From positions 1 to 64,000 of the forward strand of contig OZ037834.1 in the NCBI GenBank assembly GCA_964035575.1: 64,000 nucleotides of DNA, given 5' to 3'. Position 1 is the stretch's first letter. Every line of letters begins with the position of its first letter. The notes under the pieces were generated by a model that saw only the letters and a list, made by a program, of their open reading frames with translations, was not told the origin of the DNA and did no database searches. Shown here piece after piece: positions 24,561 through 36,150 of the stretch. Source of the DNA: Rhynchopus sp. YZ270_cl-10. Its lineage: Eukaryota. Position numbers and translations under genes: made by a program.

Positions 24561-26777
24561 TTAGACAGGTGTGCAGGAACCGTCGGTGAGCGAGAGCAAG
24601 ACGCGGCTGGACTCCGTGACCGTGCAGGGGAAGACGTGCTGTGTGCCGCCGATCAGCACGGTTGTCTCGACAATCTCACCCGGGAAGCCCGACAGCTCCA
24701 CGGTGGCAGACTGGGTCGAGACGGCAAGGTTGCTGTATCTGGAGGACGACACGGAGACCCACTTCGAGAGCTCGCCCATCAAGACGTATCCGTTTGCGAG
24801 CACGGGTGCGACTGTCCACATGTTGAAGGACCACTTGTCGGTGGCGGGCAGCGAAACCGGCGCCTCTGCATGGAAAGGCTGTGGTGTGGTCGTGTTGGCC
24901 TCCCACGCATAGCGTTCGTGTGTTTCCTCGAAGAGCTCGCCCACCTGCAGCATGTACGCAGAGTTCTCAGCCGCAAGCACGTATTTGTACTCAGCACCGT
25001 TCAGGAACGTTGTCGCAGCCCAGACACTTCCGGTAGGGCCGTTGCCGATCCCTGCCATCTTGTAGAAGGCTGAGTCGATGAGTGTCGCAGGCGTGTCCGG
25101 TGCAAGCAGCTTCCCCCCCGCAGTCGTCGACTTCATGATCAGCGCAACGTCGCTGTAGCCGATCTTGTCCGACGGGGCGACCGGCCCTGTCGAGAGTGTG
25201 GACACGGCGGACTGAAGGCGGTTGTAGCGCTCCTGCACGGTGCCGTACTTAGGGCTCTTCGGGGCGTTGTCTTTTGTCCAGAAGTTGTCCTTTGTCGGCT
25301 TCACGGCGATTGCGTGGCCGAAGATGGAGGTCACACCCAAGGCACGCCACTGGTCGTTACCCGGGTGGTAATCACCCGAGGCGCGTGCCTGGGTGACGGC
25401 CTGGAGCTCAATGCTCTGCATCATGTGGCGTGGCCACGACATGCAGTACTGGATGGTGAGGCTGTTGCGTGCCGCAGCTGTGCCCATCTGCATGAGCCAT
25501 TGGCGTGCGAGGGTTGCGGACTGCGTGGTGCACTTCATCTCGGAGAACTCGTTGAACAGCCAGTCCTGCTCGTATGTGTGGAGGCCCCACTTCTTCGCGT
25601 CCGCCATCAGCCAGTCCCAGAACTCTTGCTGGAGGGGCATGGCGAGGCCGCTGTGGGAGTCTTGCTCGATGATGAAGTCCCACTGCCCTCCGTTCTGCTT
25701 TGCGTAGTCTGTGTTCGCAGACCAGTAGCGGTTGTGTGCGACAATCGGCCACTCCCCCGTGCCCTTGTACACAGCGTCGATGCCGTTCGGGAAGATGGAG
25801 GGCATTGCGGTCCAGTTCTTGACACCGTTGCCGTCGCCCTTGAAGTACCACCAGCTGTCCATGAGCCAGTGCTTGTAGGGCACCTTCTCCTTCTGCGCGT
25901 TGGTGTAGACGTCGAGCATCGTCTCCTCGTAGCTCTTGCCCTCCTCCGTCGTGTAGTAGTACCACGCACCGTTGTCCGTCGAGTACCCAAGGTAGTTCGT
26001 CGTGAAGTCTGACGCCGCTGTCTCCCTGTCCTTCCCATAGCGGCGCAGCAGCTTCTCCCCCCAGCGGTGCATCGACTTCGCAGGGCTGCCGTCTCCCAGC
26101 GACACAATCGTGTCAAGTGTGAAGCCTGCTGGGATCGAGGTCACACCCCCCATCACGCCAAAGGCAACGTTCTTGCTGTCCTGCAGCGCCTGCGAGTGTG
26201 CCATGAACTGCGATGCGGACGAGATCACAAGCGACGTTGTGTTGCTGAAGAGCACCAGCGGGCCTGAGTTCTCAAGCCCACCCGCCATGTCGCTGATGTC
26301 CTGCGTGTGGCCGACCTTGTACGACGCCCCAAGCATGGCACCACGGTACTGCAGGTAGCCCGGTGTCGTTGTGACGCCCTCCACTACGAAGGAGGGGTAC
26401 TGGCTCACAAGCGCGTCGTTGCTCGACACGTTCGTGCCGTTGAGCCCTGTGGGGAACTCCTGCCTGTAGAGCACAGTCTCGCCATCGTCGTACGTGAACA
26501 CAGTTGTCCTGAACGCGACCGGGCCCCACTGCGTTGTGGATGCGGCGAACGTGCCGTACGCGTCTGTGCCGTTGTACGTCTCTGTCTTGACCACCTTCAG
26601 CGTCGAGTCTCCTGCGCAATACGTCTTCGCATCCGCGGTGACACACGTGTCACCACCCACCAGGTGCGGCACATCGTCAACAAAGAGTGTGTGCTGCGTG
26701 CCATCCACGCGCACCGTCATGCGGCAGGACACACCTGTAGCCACCATGCCTAGGCATAGCGCCGTTAACACACGCAT
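24561..26777 (-). CDS. Secreted glycoside hydrolase-like protein (clan GH-D, GH36/raffinose-synthase-like TIM barrel)
   Basis: 738-aa intronless ORF with a signal peptide; motifs TDNGAWYYY, MDSWWY, YEQDWL, QYCM, RASGDY and STGPVAPSD (compare SGGP(I/V)YVSD in Sip1/raffinose synthases). Confidence 0.85.
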   Translation of the reverse strand: MRVLTALCLGMVATGVSCRMTVRVDGTQHTLFVDDVPHLVGGDTCVTADAKTYCAGDSTLKVVKTETYNGTDAYGTFAASTTQWGPVAFRTTVFTYDDGETVLYRQEFPTGLNGTNVSSNDALVSQYPSFVVEGVTTTPGYLQYRGAMLGASYKVGHTQDISDMAGGLENSGPLVLFSNTTSLVISSASQFMAHSQALQDSKNVAFGVMGGVTSIPAGFTLDTIVSLGDGSPAKSMHRWGEKLLRRYGKDRETAASDFTTNYLGYSTDNGAWYYYTTEEGKSYEETMLDVYTNAQKEKVPYKHWLMDSWWYFKGDGNGVKNWTAMPSIFPNGIDAVYKGTGEWPIVAHNRYWSANTDYAKQNGGQWDFIIEQDSHSGLAMPLQQEFWDWLMADAKKWGLHTYEQDWLFNEFSEMKCTTQSATLARQWLMQMGTAAARNSLTIQYCMSWPRHMMQSIELQAVTQARASGDYHPGNDQWRALGVTSIFGHAIAVKPTKDNFWTKDNAPKSPKYGTVQERYNRLQSAVSTLSTGPVAPSDKIGYSDVALIMKSTTAGGKLLAPDTPATLIDSAFYKMAGIGNGPTGSVWAATTFLNGAEYKYVLAAENSAYMLQVGELFEETHERYAWEANTTTPQPFHAEAPVSLPATDKWSFNMWTVAPVLANGYVLMGELSKWVSVSSSRYSNLAVSTQSATVELSGFPGEIVETTVLIGGTQHVFPCTVTESSRVLLSLTDGSCTPV

Positions 26778-27020
26778 GAGAGTGCTGTGCTGTGTTGTAT
26801 GTGTATATATCTAAGGGGGTAAGGTAGTTAAAACGGGGGTGCTTGTGTCAGGGCATGTGTCCGCAGAAGAAAGGAGAAAGGGGTGAGAAGGTGGTAGTTT
26901 GCTTATTTTCCTCGTTTTATCTGCTGTTCGTGTCTTCGGGTTAGTAGCGTGTGCAGCTTGCCGCGCGCAACCTTTTTCTTTTGTTTGTTTGAGAGACAAA
27001 GATCCGATGGACCTGAGAGT

Positions 27021-27198
27021 ACACACATTGGGGCCATATTCTATTCGTTATCAAACACACACACACACACACAAGTGGGCCATACTCCGTTCAGGCGTTA
27101 CCCACTCTAAACCCGTTATCAAACACACACACACACACACACATTCAGTTGGGGGCCATATTCTGCGCAAGAATTACCCCTATTAGTTATCAAACACA
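27021..27198 (+). mobile_element. Three short GGGCCATA…GTTATCAA elements embedded in (CA)n
   Basis: Copies at 27028-27054, 27074-27122 and 27149-27193, each followed by ACACAC; further copies at 38248-38296 (reverse) and 39962-40007. Confidence 0.75.
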
Positions 27199-27560
27199 TT
27201 CTGTGCAATGCCCCATTCTTATGTACTACCCACTGCTTTCACACACCTACTCACGCAGACACATCTAAAGAACCTGAAGAAAGAACCAAGCCATCCGCTG
27301 TGGCCTGGCAAGCATATATCTCCACCTCTAACCCCCACCCCTCGTACCACCTCTGCCAGAAGACAGCGGTGTTTTGTCTTAGTCTAAGTTAGAGCTCCCA
27401 ACACACCTCACCCACTACGTTCACAGAAATGAACACAGACGGGGATCACATGAACAACAAAAGGACGTTCTTTTATGCAAAACTAAGAAAAAAAATTAAA
27501 AGTTAAGACGAGCCCAAGCCCCACGCACTTAGATCACCTACCCACCCCTCGCTAGCTCCC

Positions 27561-28616
27561 TTATATTTGCGGGTCCGGCTGTTGCTGCTCCAGACCACCT
27601 CTAGAGCTGCCACGGGAGGCCACGTCTAGCTGCACGCCTGAGAGGCTGTTCGCGTCTGCCATGCTGCTTGTGGGGGAGAACACTGCTTGGAAGGCGCAGG
27701 CAGCGCCGCCACGTGGTACACTCTGGTTGAGCGACCTATGGCAGTACGTAGCGTAGTCAGCCGGGTGGCGGTACTCTGTCGTGGCACCGCCACAACCACC
27801 ACTGGCATCAGGGGGACGTGGTGCACTCTTGACACCACCCTCCAGCCCCGCAGGCTCAGGCCCACCCGACTGCAGCGCCTCTCTAAGCTCTGCAAAAGCA
27901 CGTTCGTTTTCCACCCGCGGGATGACCTCTGTCTTGCCGATCTTGCCGTCCTGCACATACACCGCACGGCTGGCATACCACTTCATCTCTGGGTCGTGCG
28001 TGACCATGATGAGCGTGACGTTGTCCTGTTTGTTCATTTTGATGAGCAGATCGATCACGATTTTGGTGTTTCTGGTGTCAAGATCGCCGGTGGGTTCGTC
28101 GAGGAGAAGGATGGAGGGGCGGTTTGCCATGGCGCGAGCGATGGTGACACGCTGCTGCTCACCTCCGGAGAGCATGTTGGGGTAGTGGTCACGCCGGTCG
28201 TACATCCCCACTGCACGCAGCAGCTCTGCAGCGCGTTCCTTCTGCTGCTCCGCAGTGAGCTTCCCGGACAGCACCATGGGCACCGTCACGTTCTCCTCTG
28301 CCGTCATTGTCCCTAGCAGGTTGAACGTCTGGAACACAAACCCTAATGTGTGCAGACGCAGGTCTGCGTACACGTGGTCCTCGGTCTTGACACCGAGACG
28401 GCGCCCCATGATGTGGAGGTTGCCCTTAGTGGCTTGGTCGATGGTGCCGAGGATGTTGAGGAGTGTCGTCTTGCCGCCACCTGATGTCCCGTAGATCACG
28501 CAGAACTCACCTTCGGCAACGTCGAGGCTGACACCACGCAGGGCGGTGACACCTTCGACACCGAGGAGATACGTCTTGTGGATGTTCTCGCAGCTGACAA
28601 CCACGTTTTGAGACAT
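27561..28616 (-). CDS. Stand-alone ABC transporter ATP-binding protein (LolD/MacB/FtsE-like)
   Basis: Walker [10 protein letters not shown]-loop GFVFQ, signature LSGGEQQR, Walker [10 protein letters not shown]-loop VTHD; no transmembrane domain. Confidence 0.95.
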   Translation of the reverse strand: MSQNVVVSCENIHKTYLLGVEGVTALRGVSLDVAEGEFCVIYGTSGGGKTTLLNILGTIDQATKGNLHIMGRRLGVKTEDHVYADLRLHTLGFVFQTFNLLGTMTAEENVTVPMVLSGKLTAEQQKERAAELLRAVGMYDRRDHYPNMLSGGEQQRVTIARAMANRPSILLLDEPTGDLDTRNTKIVIDLLIKMNKQDNVTLIMVTHDPEMKWYASRAVYVQDGKIGKTEVIPRVENERAFAELREALQSGGPEPAGLEGGVKSAPRPPDASGGCGGATTEYRHPADYATYCHRSLNQSVPRGGAACAFQAVFSPTSSMADANSLSGVQLDVASRGSSRGGLEQQQPDPQI

Positions 28617-28920
28617 CGTTTAAACGGAGGAAGAGAAAAGAGAAAGGGTTTACAGGGAAGGAAAGGGAGGGGTAAAAGGGTGTCTGGAGGGTTGAATTTT
28701 AGGGGAAAAGAGAGGAATGAGCCGTTCAAAAGCGTGCCTTTTAGAAGAGCTACGCAAACACCCCAACGGACCCGCAAGCGCAAAAGACGCTGCAATCTCG
28801 CCCTGGTGTATTCCTCTACTGACGACGATGCACAACCCAAAAGGCTTAAGAAGCCCTCCCCCCCAAGAAGCAGAAACAAAAGAAAGTCACCCCCTCAAGT
28901 GACCCCCCCCCCCCCCCCCC

Positions 28921-30099
28921 TAGGTGGGGGCAAAACCTTCAGGACGGGTGAGGCATTTTGACTTTTTTGGACTTCCGCGCAAAGTACCCACAAACCACCC
29001 CTCATACCCACCCAGAAATGGGTCAGAAACACCCTGTGACCCGAAAATCCATGCTAAGGGCGACTCAGAATATGAAAAAATGCAAAAAAATAGTGAAAAA
29101 GTGGCCTTTTGACGGTTTTGGCCATGTTGGGTAAAATGGCCATTTTTGGACAAAAAAATCAAAAAAACAGCAAAATTTCGACGTCATGACAGCTGCTTGG
29201 GCACAAACCTACCCCAGGGAGGTCCTGTGAGTCCATTCCGACCTGTTTTGGACACTTTAGGTACTTTTTTTGGCCGTTTTTTGGTGTTTTTAGGTCAAAA
29301 AACATCCCCGGACTATCCCCGGACCGGACTTGCGCCCTGCTTTCAGACCCACTCTGGGCCAAAAAATGGGTGAAAACCCCCGAAAAAGCACTCCGGGAAC
29401 CCAGATAGTTCCAAATATCCACCAGAAACCCACCCAAACACCTCAAAAACATGCCAGAAAAATATTTTTAAAAACACACTTTTTCAAATAAGTTATTATG
29501 GAACCTGCCCAGATGAACTTTTTGAAAAAAGTGTGTTTTTGAAAATATTTTTCTGGCATGTTTTTGAGGTGTTTGGGTGGGTTTCTAGTGGATATTTGGA
29601 ACTATCTGGGTTCCCGGAGTGCTTTTTCGGGGGTTTTCACCCATTTTTTGGCCCAGAGTGGGTCCAAAAGCAGGGCGCAAGTCGCGGCCCAGGGACGTCC
29701 AGGGTAAAGTCCAGGGTATTTTTTGACCTAAAAACACCAAAAAACGGCCAAAAAAAGTACCTAAAGTGTCCAAAACAGGTCGGAATGGACTCACAGGACC
29801 TCCCTGGGGTAGGTTTGTGCCCAAGCAGCTGTCATGACGTCGAAATTTTGCTGTTTTTTTGATTTTTTTGTCCAAAAATGGCCATTTTACCCAACATGGC
29901 CAAAACCGTCAAAAGGCCACTTTTTCACTATTTTTTTGCATTTTTTCATATTCTGAGTCGCCCTTAGCATGGATTTTCGGGTCACAGGGTGTTTCTGACC
30001 CATTTCTGGGTGGGTATGAGGGGTGGTTTGTACGTACTTTGCGCGGAAGTCCAAAAAAGTCAAAATGCCTCAAAAAAATAGGGGTTTTGCCCCCACCTA
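28921..30099. mobile_element. Foldback (near-fully palindromic) element 1, TAGGTGGGGGC termini, poly-C flanks
   Basis: ~570-bp arms that are reverse complements around a short spacer at ~29482-29520; flanked by C18 on both sides. Confidence 0.9.
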
Positions 30100-30117
30100 C
30101 CCCCCCCCCCCCCCCCC

Positions 30118-31706
30118 TAGGGGGTCCGACTCCTAATAGACTTGTGTATAAAATTTCGTACAAAAAACTCATTATTAAACTTCTGGTCATTTCCAAGGCA
30201 ACTGCGGGTGAAACACACCCTCAGAGTGGGTCACAGGGGGCCTGTGGGCCGAAAAACGACCCAGAAGCCACCCCAGAATACAAAAAAATGGAAAAAAATA
30301 GTGAAAAAACGGCTTTTTTCAGGTTTTGGCCATATTGGGCAAAATAGCGATTTTTCAAGAAAAACCCAAAAAAACGGTTATTTTTTGACATCACAAAACC
30401 TCCTTTGGCACAAATATACCCCAAAAGTGGCCCGTGAGTCCATTCCAACCTGTTTTGGACATATTTGACACTTTTGGAAGTGTTTTTTTGGTGTTTTTAC
30501 GTCAAAAAAAATACCCTGGCAATACCCTGACCGCGCTCCGGCAGCATTCCGGCATGCTGTTTGACCCATATAGGGGTCAAGAAATGGCCAAAAACCCCCG
30601 AAAAAGGACCCTGGGAGCCCAGATAGTTCCAAATTTCCACCACATCCCCACCCAAACACTGCAAAAACACGACAGAAAATCGTCTTAAAAAACACACTTT
30701 TTTCAAAAAGGTCGTCAGGCATGCTCCATAATGACCTTTTTGAAAAAAGTGTGTTTTTTAAGACGATTTTCTGTCGTGTTTTTGCGGTGTTTGGGTGGGG
30801 ATGTGGTGGATATTTGGAACTATCTGGGTTCCCGGAGTGCTTTTTCGGGGGTTTTTGGCCATTTCTTGACCCCTATATGGGTCAAACAGCATGCCGGAAT
30901 GCTGCCGGAGCGCGGTCAGGGTATTGCCAGGGTATTTTTTTTGACGTAAAAACACCAAAAAAACACTTCCAAAAGTGTCAAATATGTCCAAAACAGGTTG
31001 GAATGGACTCACGGGCCACTTTTGGGGTATATTTGTGCCAAAGGAGGTTTTGTGATGTCAAAAAATAGCCGTTTTTTTGGGTTTTTCTTGAAAAATCGCT
31101 ATCGTCAGACAGGCTCCATAATGACCTTTTTGAAAAAAGTGTGTTTTTTAAGACGATTTTCTGTCGTGTTTTTGCAGTGTTTGGGTGGGGATGTGGTGGA
31201 AATTTGGAACTATCTGGGCTCCCAGGGTCCTTTTTCGGGGGGTTTTGGCCATTTCTTGACCCCTATATGGGTCAAACAGCATGCCGGAATGCTGCCGGAG
31301 CGCGGTCAGGGTATTGCCAGGGTATTTTTTTTGACGTAAAAACACCAAAAAAACACTTCCAAAAGTGTCAAATATGTCCAAAACAGGTTGGAATGGACTC
31401 ACGGGCCACTTTTGGGGTATATTTGTGCCAAAGGAGGTTTTGTGATGTCAAAAAATAACCGTTTTTTTGGGGTTTTCTTGAAAAATCGCTATTTTGCCCA
31501 ATATGGCCAAAACCTGAAAAAAGCCGTTTTTTCACTATTTTTTTCCATTTTTTTGTATTCTGGGGTGGCTTCTGGGTCGTTTTTCGGCCCACAGGCCCCC
31601 TGTGACCCACTCTGAGGGTGTTTTTCACCCGCAGTTGCCTTGGAAATGACCAGAAGTTTAATAATGAGTTTTTTGTACGGTAATTTTACTCACAGTCGGA
31701 CCCCCT

Positions 31707-31707
<1 letters not shown>
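30118..31707. mobile_element. Foldback element 2, TAGGGGGTCCGAC termini, with a duplicated arm segment
   Basis: Palindromic arms, spacer at ~30710-30736, arm segment repeated from 31101; flanked by C18 and C31. Confidence 0.9.
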
Positions 31708-31738
<31 letters not shown>

Positions 31739-31740
31739 TA

Positions 31741-32573
31741 GGCATACTGTGCAGGCGAGCCGTTTTTAGGCGAGTTTTTCGTTTTCCTGATTTTCAGGAA
31801 AAACTCGCCAAAAACTCGCCCTACTCGCCCATTACTCGCCTATTACTCGCCAAAACTCGCCAAAAACTCGCCAAAAACTCGCCAAAAACTCGCCTAAACT
31901 CGCCTAAACTCGCCCCAATTTGGGTGCAAATCCTGGTGCACATACGCACCTTGGGGGTGAAAATGTGCACCAGGATGCGAAAATGGAGGGCGGGGGTGAC
32001 TGATGACAACATGCCACTCGAAAACACAAAAAAATTGAAATTGTGTCACTTGTACGTCTAAAGGCAACCATGTCACGGCAGTGGCTGACAGGCATGTATG
32101 TAAACATTTGCTCCAGGGGAAGATCCAGGCGTGCCATAGATCCCGGGGGACAAGACGTGCTACAATCCGGAGGATGACGAAGACATGAGCCGGGGCTACA
32201 CTCGCTATACAACAATGTCCTCGCCATGCCGGTAAATGGCAACCCTGCAGGCCACCCCTTGGCGGTACTCCCCCACGACTACATCGCACCCATCTGTGCA
32301 AGCTTCATGGATCCGCAGAAGCTACAGCTGGACTGGTGGTACTGGTTGTGGAAGCCTACAAAGCAAACTGTAGAGGTCTTGTTCAAGTGGAACGAAAAAA
32401 ATTTTCTCTTCAAAACTCAAATTTCCCTCATATTTTCGTGTGTACACTTTTCCCAAGGTAAAATCCCTACCAAAAAAAAAAACTCGCCAAAACTCGCCCC
32501 CCAAAAATAGGCGAGTTTTAGGCGAGTTTTTGGCGAGTAGGCGAGTTTTTTTTACTCGCCCGCACAGTATGCC
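31741..32573. mobile_element. TIR element GGCATACTGTGC… inserted at C-TA-G, with AAAACTCGCC subterminal repeats
   Basis: TIRs GGCATACTGTGCAGGCGAG / CTCGCCCGCACAGTATGCC; TA (or CTAG) duplicated; inserted in the terminal TA of foldback element 3. Confidence 0.88.
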
Positions 32574-33757
32574 TAGGGGGTCCGACTCCTAATAGACTTG
32601 TGTATAAAATTTCGTACAAAAAACTCATTATTAAACTTCTGGTCATTTCCAAGGTAACTGCGGGTGAAACACACCCTCAGAGTGGGTCACAGGGGGCCTG
32701 TGGGCCGAAAAACGACCCAGAAGCCACCCCAGAATACAAAAAAATGGAAAAAAATAGTGAAAAAACGGCTTTTTGACGGTTTTGGCCATGTTGGGCAAAA
32801 TAGCGGTTTTTCAAGAAAAACCCAAAAAAACGGTTATTTTTTGACATCACAAAACCTCCTTTGGCACAAATATACCCCAAAAGTGGCCTGTGAGTCCATT
32901 CCAACCTGTTTTGGACATATTTGACACTTTTGGAAGTGTTTTTTTGGTGTTTTTACGTCAAAAAACATACCCTGGCAATACCCTGACCGCGCTCCGGCAG
33001 CATTCCGGCATGCTGTTTGACCCATATAGGGGTCAAGAAATGGCCAAAAACCCCCGAAAAAGGACCCTGGGAGCCCAGATAGTTCCAAATTTCCACCACA
33101 TCCCCACCCAAACACCGCAAAAACACGACAGAATATCGTCTTAAAAAACACACTTTTTTCAAAAAGGTCGTCAGACAGGCTCCATAATGTGTGTTTTTTA
33201 AGACGATATTCTGTCGTGTTTTTGCGGTGTTTGGGTGGGGATGTGGTGGAAATTTGGAACTATCTGGGCTCCCAGGGTCCTTTTTCGGGGGTTTTTGGCC
33301 ATTTCTTGACCCCTATATGGGTCAAACAGCATGCCGGAATGCTGCCGGAGCGCGGTCAGGGTATTGCCAGGGTATGTTTTTTGACGTAAAAACACCAAAA
33401 AAACACTTCCAAAAGTGTCAAATATGTCCAAAACAGGTTGGAATGGACTCACAGGCCACTTTTGGGGTATATTTGTGCCAAAGGAGGTTTTGTGATGTCA
33501 AAAAATAACCGTTTTTTTGGGTTTTTCTTGAAAAACCGCTATTTTGCCCAACATGGCCAAAACCGTCAAAAAGCCGTTTTTTCACTATTTTTTTCCATTT
33601 TTTTGTATTCTGGGGTGGCTTCTGGGTCGTTTTTCGGCCCACAGGCCCCCTGTGACCCACTCTGAGGGTGTGTTTCACCCACAGTTGCCTTGGAAATGAC
33701 CAGAAGTTTAATAATGAGTTTTTTGTACGGTAATTTTACTCACAGTCGGACCCCCTA
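32574..33757. mobile_element. Foldback element 3 (same family as element 2)
   Basis: Near-identical to 30118-31707 without the duplication; spacer at ~33166-33188; followed by A+C10. Confidence 0.9.
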
Positions 33758-34764
33758 ACCCCCCCCCCAGGGAGACGTAAACATGAACGATCACCGGCAC
33801 CGCTGCCCCATCAAGCGCAAACCTCCTCGTCTGAGGACAAGGAACCTGTTAATAAACGTCATAGATACTACCACCTGGATTCTTCTGAAAAGAAAGGCCC
33901 GAGATCAGAGGCCTTTTTCGTGAGTGAACTTTTTTTGGACAGTGGAGATTTGCACAAAAACTGTGGCAACACCGAGGCTACGCTACTCCAAACAATTTAT
34001 CAAACAAAAAAAAAGGAGGGTTCGGAGGAGGCGGGAACGCTTTATTGGTTACTCTCTAAACCCCATACCCGTATGTGCATGCTTGATTTTCCCCCCTGTT
34101 TTGGAGGAGAAAAAAAAACAAAAAAAAAACAAAAAAAATGTATGGAAATCGTGGGAGTTGCGTACCCTTTTGCAACCTCTCACCACTTTTGCCTTGTTTC
34201 TTTTTTTGTAAAAACTTGGTTTGTATCAGTGTCGACACCCGAGGATGAGCTTCACTAAACCTGTTGAAGCTCCTACCTGCCCCCCCTTACCCTGTTTGCC
34301 CTTAGGTTAACTAATGAAGAGAAGTTGAAAGTGCAAATGCCTGACCGAACACTGCCGGACGCAGGGCACTGAACAACTCTGGTCTCACCCAAGCTTCCCT
34401 GCGCGTTCCTGTTGATTAAAATAGTGTGTGTGTGTGTGTGGAAGTTGATAGCACAAACAAGAGAAACGGGGAAAGTCTTTTCAATGCATCCCAACCAATC
34501 TCTGTGCTTAGTAAACCCGAAGGCAATTTCGACCTAAATGGTGAGCCATACAATTTTACTATTGTTTTGGAGGCTTTTTTTTTTGCACGTAATTTAACTT
34601 ACAGTCATCCATTATTTGACTTCCAAAAAAAAAAAAAAATCGCCACATTAAAAATCCCCAAAACTGGTGTAGCTGAATGGGTTGCAAAAAAAGTGCGCAG
34701 AGTAGAAAGTACGCAAGATGCGAATCACTCCCCCTTTTGCCACTCTAAAAATTCCAAACCAAAC

Positions 34765-36150
34765 TTATTTGAAAGACTGTACGCATTGCAATACCTTGAA
34801 CAGACGCGACCGTACCCCATGCAACGAGCGGTCCACTAGCCCCATGACTGTGAAGACACCGCCGATGATGGCGCAGAGGTTTGTCACGAAGTCGTACCAC
34901 CGCTTCCCTCCGTAGCGGATCACCACTGCTGTGGGTGCGAAGTCGAAGGAGAAGCGTGCCTCGGGCACTTTGCCCTCGTCGTCGTCTGCATGCTGCGATT
35001 CGAATAGGTACTGATGGTTGCTGTACTGCATCTGGTAGCCTGCGAACTCCGACCATCCGAGCTTGTATTGCGTCGACACAATTTTGATGTAGTGGTCAAA
35101 CGTAATGCCAGGCGTCTCTGTCGCAAACACCTTCTCGTTAAGCGGGTTGAGCAGCCCCTTCAGCGCGTCCGGCAGTGTTATCTTCAGTCTGTCCGGAATA
35201 GGCTCCCCGTACGACAGATGCGTCACGGCGTGGGAGAGGTTCGTCTCCTTCGCATTCATCGAGTGTACATCCGACTTTGCCTGGAGGTGGAAGTTCCCTG
35301 GGACACGGTTGACCATGATAAATCCTGTCAGCCTGCAGCCCATGTGGTCGGCGTTGTCCTTGGCGATCTCTTCGTGTCGGTAGTGGTGTGTCTCTTCGTC
35401 CTCCTTTGTGATGGAGCCGACCCACGCCACCATGGCTTCGTACTCCCGCTTGCCGTCGTAGTCAGCGAGGGCACGGCCGTCTTTGAAGACACGCATAGTG
35501 GGGAAGCCACGGATTTTGTTTTCAAGGCAGATTTGTGGGTTTGCGACGCAGTCGACCTTGCGTACTGCGGTGCGGTAGTGGCGGTCGTGGATTTCTACAG
35601 CGAATTTCTCCCAGATGGGGGCAAGGAGGCGGCACCATTTGCACCACGGTGCGTAGAAGTCGATAAAGACGTATTGGTGGTCCTTCAGTGCGACGGCGAA
35701 GGAGGCACGGTCGAGATGTGGTGACTCACCTTCCTCTTCCATGGCGCGTGCCATCTCGTTGCTGCTTGCCGTGGTGCTGCGTGCCTGCGGTTCACGTGGC
35801 TTTTCTTTGTGCAAATATGACGACTGATCGGCACGGTTCACAACAAGCTTTTTGATATTCGGTACGACATCTGCCCTCGCAGCACCCAGACGGTCACGCA
35901 CATCGAGCTCCACCCAATCGCACGGCATCTCCAACGTTGTAATATCAAAGTTGACACGGATCTGTGCATCCGTGTTCTCGTCCATCACCACCTCCGAAAC
36001 GATGGGCGGTGTAAGGTAGTCCCAGGACTCCATCACAACAAGAGTGCACATAACCAGCACGCAGCTCACACTGAGCACACCGCCCTGTGAGGTGGCCTCA
36101 GTCAGGTCGCGCGGTATGCGACGATACAGATCATACGAGGCTGCGCGCAT
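34765..36150 (-). CDS. ERGIC/Erv41-Erv46-type protein with an internal thioredoxin domain (PDI-C / PDIL5-4-like)
   Basis: N-terminal DLYRRIPRDLTEAT plus TM segment (ERGIC_N); thioredoxin motif FYAPWCKWC; GCRLTGFIMVNRVPGNFH and C-terminal TM LCAIIGGVFTV (COPII-coated ERV domain). ATG at 36150, 461 aa. Confidence 0.93.
   Translation of the reverse strand: MRAASYDLYRRIPRDLTEATSQGGVLSVSCVLVMCTLVVMESWDYLTPPIVSEVVMDENTDAQIRVNFDITTLEMPCDWVELDVRDRLGAARADVVPNIKKLVVNRADQSSYLHKEKPREPQARSTTASSNEMARAMEEEGESPHLDRASFAVALKDHQYVFIDFYAPWCKWCRLLAPIWEKFAVEIHDRHYRTAVRKVDCVANPQICLENKIRGFPTMRVFKDGRALADYDGKREYEAMVAWVGSITKEDEETHHYRHEEIAKDNADHMGCRLTGFIMVNRVPGNFHLQAKSDVHSMNAKETNLSHAVTHLSYGEPIPDRLKITLPDALKGLLNPLNEKVFATETPGITFDHYIKIVSTQYKLGWSEFAGYQMQYSNHQYLFESQHADDDEGKVPEARFSFDFAPTAVVIRYGGKRWYDFVTNLCAIIGGVFTVMGLVDRSLHGVRSRLFKVLQCVQSFK

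Noticed and set aside
27021..27198. CRISPR-like repeat-spacer array
   Set aside because: The repeats are microsatellite plus element ends, the inserts are related to each other, there are no cas genes, and the context is eukaryotic.
28921..33757. Many short ORFs within the foldback elements
   Set aside because: They mirror each other on both strands, have A/T-tract composition and show no protein motifs.
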